From: a virus
Lineage: Duplodnaviria; Heunggongvirae; Uroviricota; Caudoviricetes
Direction: 5' to 3' (one strand)
IMG/VR virus record: IMGVR_UViG_2534681663_000022
DNA: 10,488 nt
The stretch's first letter is position 1. Every line of letters starts with the position of its first letter. Shown here piece after piece: positions 8,980 to 10,488 of the stretch. A program made the translations under genes and the position numbers. The notes under the pieces are model-generated. The model was not told where the DNA came from, ran no database searches, and saw only the letters and a program-made list of their open reading frames with translations.

Positions 8980-9059
8980 ACGATGTCCATGTCTGCAATC
9001 CGCCTCGCGATACAGCTGTGCGAAGCATAGCAAAATTGAAGCAGTTTATACGTAAGAAA

Positions 9060-9602
9060 TCAAGCCATTTTCTCAGCAAATGATTCACGCATGGGAATAT
9101 ATAGGGCATACTCAGCAACAGCTAACCAATTAGCAATCCGTTTTTCGCATGTGCTAAAACACCACTCTGGGTGTCCATCATTTAGCAATTCAGCCATTTT
9201 GCGCTTAGTCATCCCCCGCCCTTCATAGCGTTGCCGGAGAATGCAAATCAATCCTGGATGCTCTGCCAGCACCTCACTTATGACTCGATCAATACATAAC
9301 GCCTCTGCATCAGTACAATGCGCCAGCCAGCTCTTTTGCTTGCCGTTGATCATCTCTCGCAAAAACGCTTCCAGCTCAGCTTTCTCTATTCCCGCTTTTT
9401 TCATTCTACGCAGGGCTTCATTAATGGCTGTTTTCGTCAGTTTTTTGGATGCCAACAACTGATTGAACATATTCCCTGACCTGCCACCGCCAATATACGA
9501 CCAGCGCCCCCACATACGTAGTTTTCCCTGAATCCAGACACTTTCCAGCGTGGTGAGGCGAAGGTGTTCTCCGCTTTTTCCTGTATTCGTTGGGTAAATC
9601 AT
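9060..9602 (-). CDS. Putative late-gene antiterminator Q (Q82-like family)
   Basis: Last gene before the terminator and lysis cassette; start overlaps the upstream stop as ATGA; contains a WGRW motif reminiscent of the ERWGAW motif of 82-type Q proteins. The family call is from recall and position only. Confidence 0.6.
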   Translation of the reverse strand: MIYPTNTGKSGEHLRLTTLESVWIQGKLRMWGRWSYIGGGRSGNMFNQLLASKKLTKTAINEALRRMKKAGIEKAELEAFLREMINGKQKSWLAHCTDAEALCIDRVISEVLAEHPGLICILRQRYEGRGMTKRKMAELLNDGHPEWCFSTCEKRIANWLAVAEYALYIPMRESFAEKMA

Positions 9603-9889
9603 ATATGACCTTTCTTTCTCCAGATTTCTTGTGTGCGAAAAACCCCTTCAGCATGCATCAGGCGCAATTCTTCTTTGGTGTAATCGCTGGTTTTTACCCG
9701 CCCGTCGATTAGATCGTGGCATGAGCTACAGGCTATCGCCGCCTGCATATCGTGTGGTTTTGTCGCTGTTCCGCACGTCCCCGCCAGCCTGTAATGCGCC
9801 AGCACAGAGGTTTCGGGATTGTGATTGCAGTAGCCAGGGATTCTGATCTGGCACATCTGGCCTTTAGCCGCTTTACGTAAATTCACCAT
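9599..9889 (-). CDS. YbcO-like (DUF1364) Cys-rich putative nuclease of the lambdoid nin region
   Basis: MVNLRKAAKGQMCQIRIPGYCNHNPETSVLAHYRLAGTCGTATKP...IACSSCHDLIDGR closely parallels the recalled DLP12 YbcO (MADLRKAARGRECQVRIPGVCNGNPETSVLAHIRLTGLCGTGTKP..IACSACHDEIDRR). The start overlaps the upstream stop by one base. Confidence 0.75.
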   Translation of the reverse strand: MVNLRKAAKGQMCQIRIPGYCNHNPETSVLAHYRLAGTCGTATKPHDMQAAIACSSCHDLIDGRVKTSDYTKEELRLMHAEGVFRTQEIWRKKGHI

Positions 9890-10488
9890 TACGCAAACTC
9901 CAGTAGTTGTGCGGCCACATTTTCAACTTCCTCCTGAGAGGAGAATTTACGAAACAGAATCCAGTTCCACAGCACATTCAGTACAGATTTATAAACCTGC
10001 TGAAACTCGACTTCGTCCATATTCGCAAAAGCGATGGATTTTGCCCGACGCCCACGGCTACCGTCCGGATAAATATGCTCGGTGTAAAATCCGGCCTGAA
10101 TGGTTACCCACTCGCGGAAAGCCTCAAACGACTTTAGCAACGCCGTATCCCGGGTTCTACGAGTCGCAACGGTGTTAAGGTATTGCTCTGCGGCATCACT
10201 CAGGGCTGGCGTGTGTTCCCGACCAACTGATTCGCACAGGTAATCAACGAAACCAGACAGCAGTTCTCGTTCGCGAGGCGTGATCGCCCCACCGACCGGA
10301 GTCCAGTAATCGAATCCCAGTTGCAGGAGTTTGAAAAAACGCTTGTGGAATGCGTAGTTACGCACACGCTTAAAGTCTGCGTGTATCCACTCACCTATTT
10401 TGATTTGATGCAGAAAATCGCAACTCTCCGGCGTCGCCGGGAGAAGTAAACCAGAAGAAGTTTGTTTGACCAGTTGTATATGCGCCAT
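9889..10488 (-). CDS. Conserved lambdoid nin-region hypothetical protein (199 aa; possibly DUF1367-type)
   Basis: Complete ORF with ATG at 10486-10488 at the window edge, coupled to the YbcO-like gene. The family name is a tentative recollection, not verified. Confidence 0.5.
   Translation of the reverse strand: MAHIQLVKQTSSGLLLPATPESCDFLHQIKIGEWIHADFKRVRNYAFHKRFFKLLQLGFDYWTPVGGAITPRERELLSGFVDYLCESVGREHTPALSDAAEQYLNTVATRRTRDTALLKSFEAFREWVTIQAGFYTEHIYPDGSRGRRAKSIAFANMDEVEFQQVYKSVLNVLWNWILFRKFSSQEEVENVAAQLLEFA

Noticed and set aside
8020-9059. Possible tRNA genes or toxin cargo (for example Shiga toxin) between Q and the lysis genes, as in Stx-type lambdoid phages
   Set aside because: No T-loop-like GTTCGAATC motif or its reverse complement with the right surrounding structure was found by eye, and the only convincing CDSs in the Q-to-holin interval are the two small lipoproteins. 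A tRNA scanning program would be needed to exclude degenerate tRNAs.
9241-10394. ORFs 9241-9462 (+), 9421-9654 (-), 9631-9846 (+), 9907-10137 (+), 9909-10178 (+) and 10200-10394 (-)
   Set aside because: Shadow ORFs overlapping the tightly coupled minus-strand nin-region genes and Q-like gene.

Overview
This window reads as the late region of a lambdoid, Rac-like prophage from an Escherichia coli-type genome, with every credible gene on the minus strand (transcribed from 10488 down to 1). In transcription order: two nin-region genes (a 199-aa conserved protein and a YbcO-like protein), a Q-like antiterminator, a roughly 1 kb intergenic region with three intrinsic terminators and an inverted repeat, two tandem lipoproteins whose C-terminal domains resemble TolA domain III, a phage 21-type lysis cassette (pinholin, SAR endolysin, Rz with embedded Rz1), an AT-rich trkG potassium-transporter cargo gene, a ParB-like protein translationally coupled to a GT2-like putative glycosyltransferase, a small 83-aa protein, and a terminase small subunit whose 3' end is interrupted at 1250 by an IS3-family insertion sequence (orfA/orfB with an A6G frameshift site). 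The most interesting candidates are the TolA-III-like lipoprotein pair, sitting where lambdoid phages carry cargo genes between Q and the lysis genes, and the ParB-like/GT2-like pair next to the packaging genes. No rRNA, tRNA or CRISPR array was found. All identifications rest on reading the sequence and on recalled family features; no database search or computation was run.
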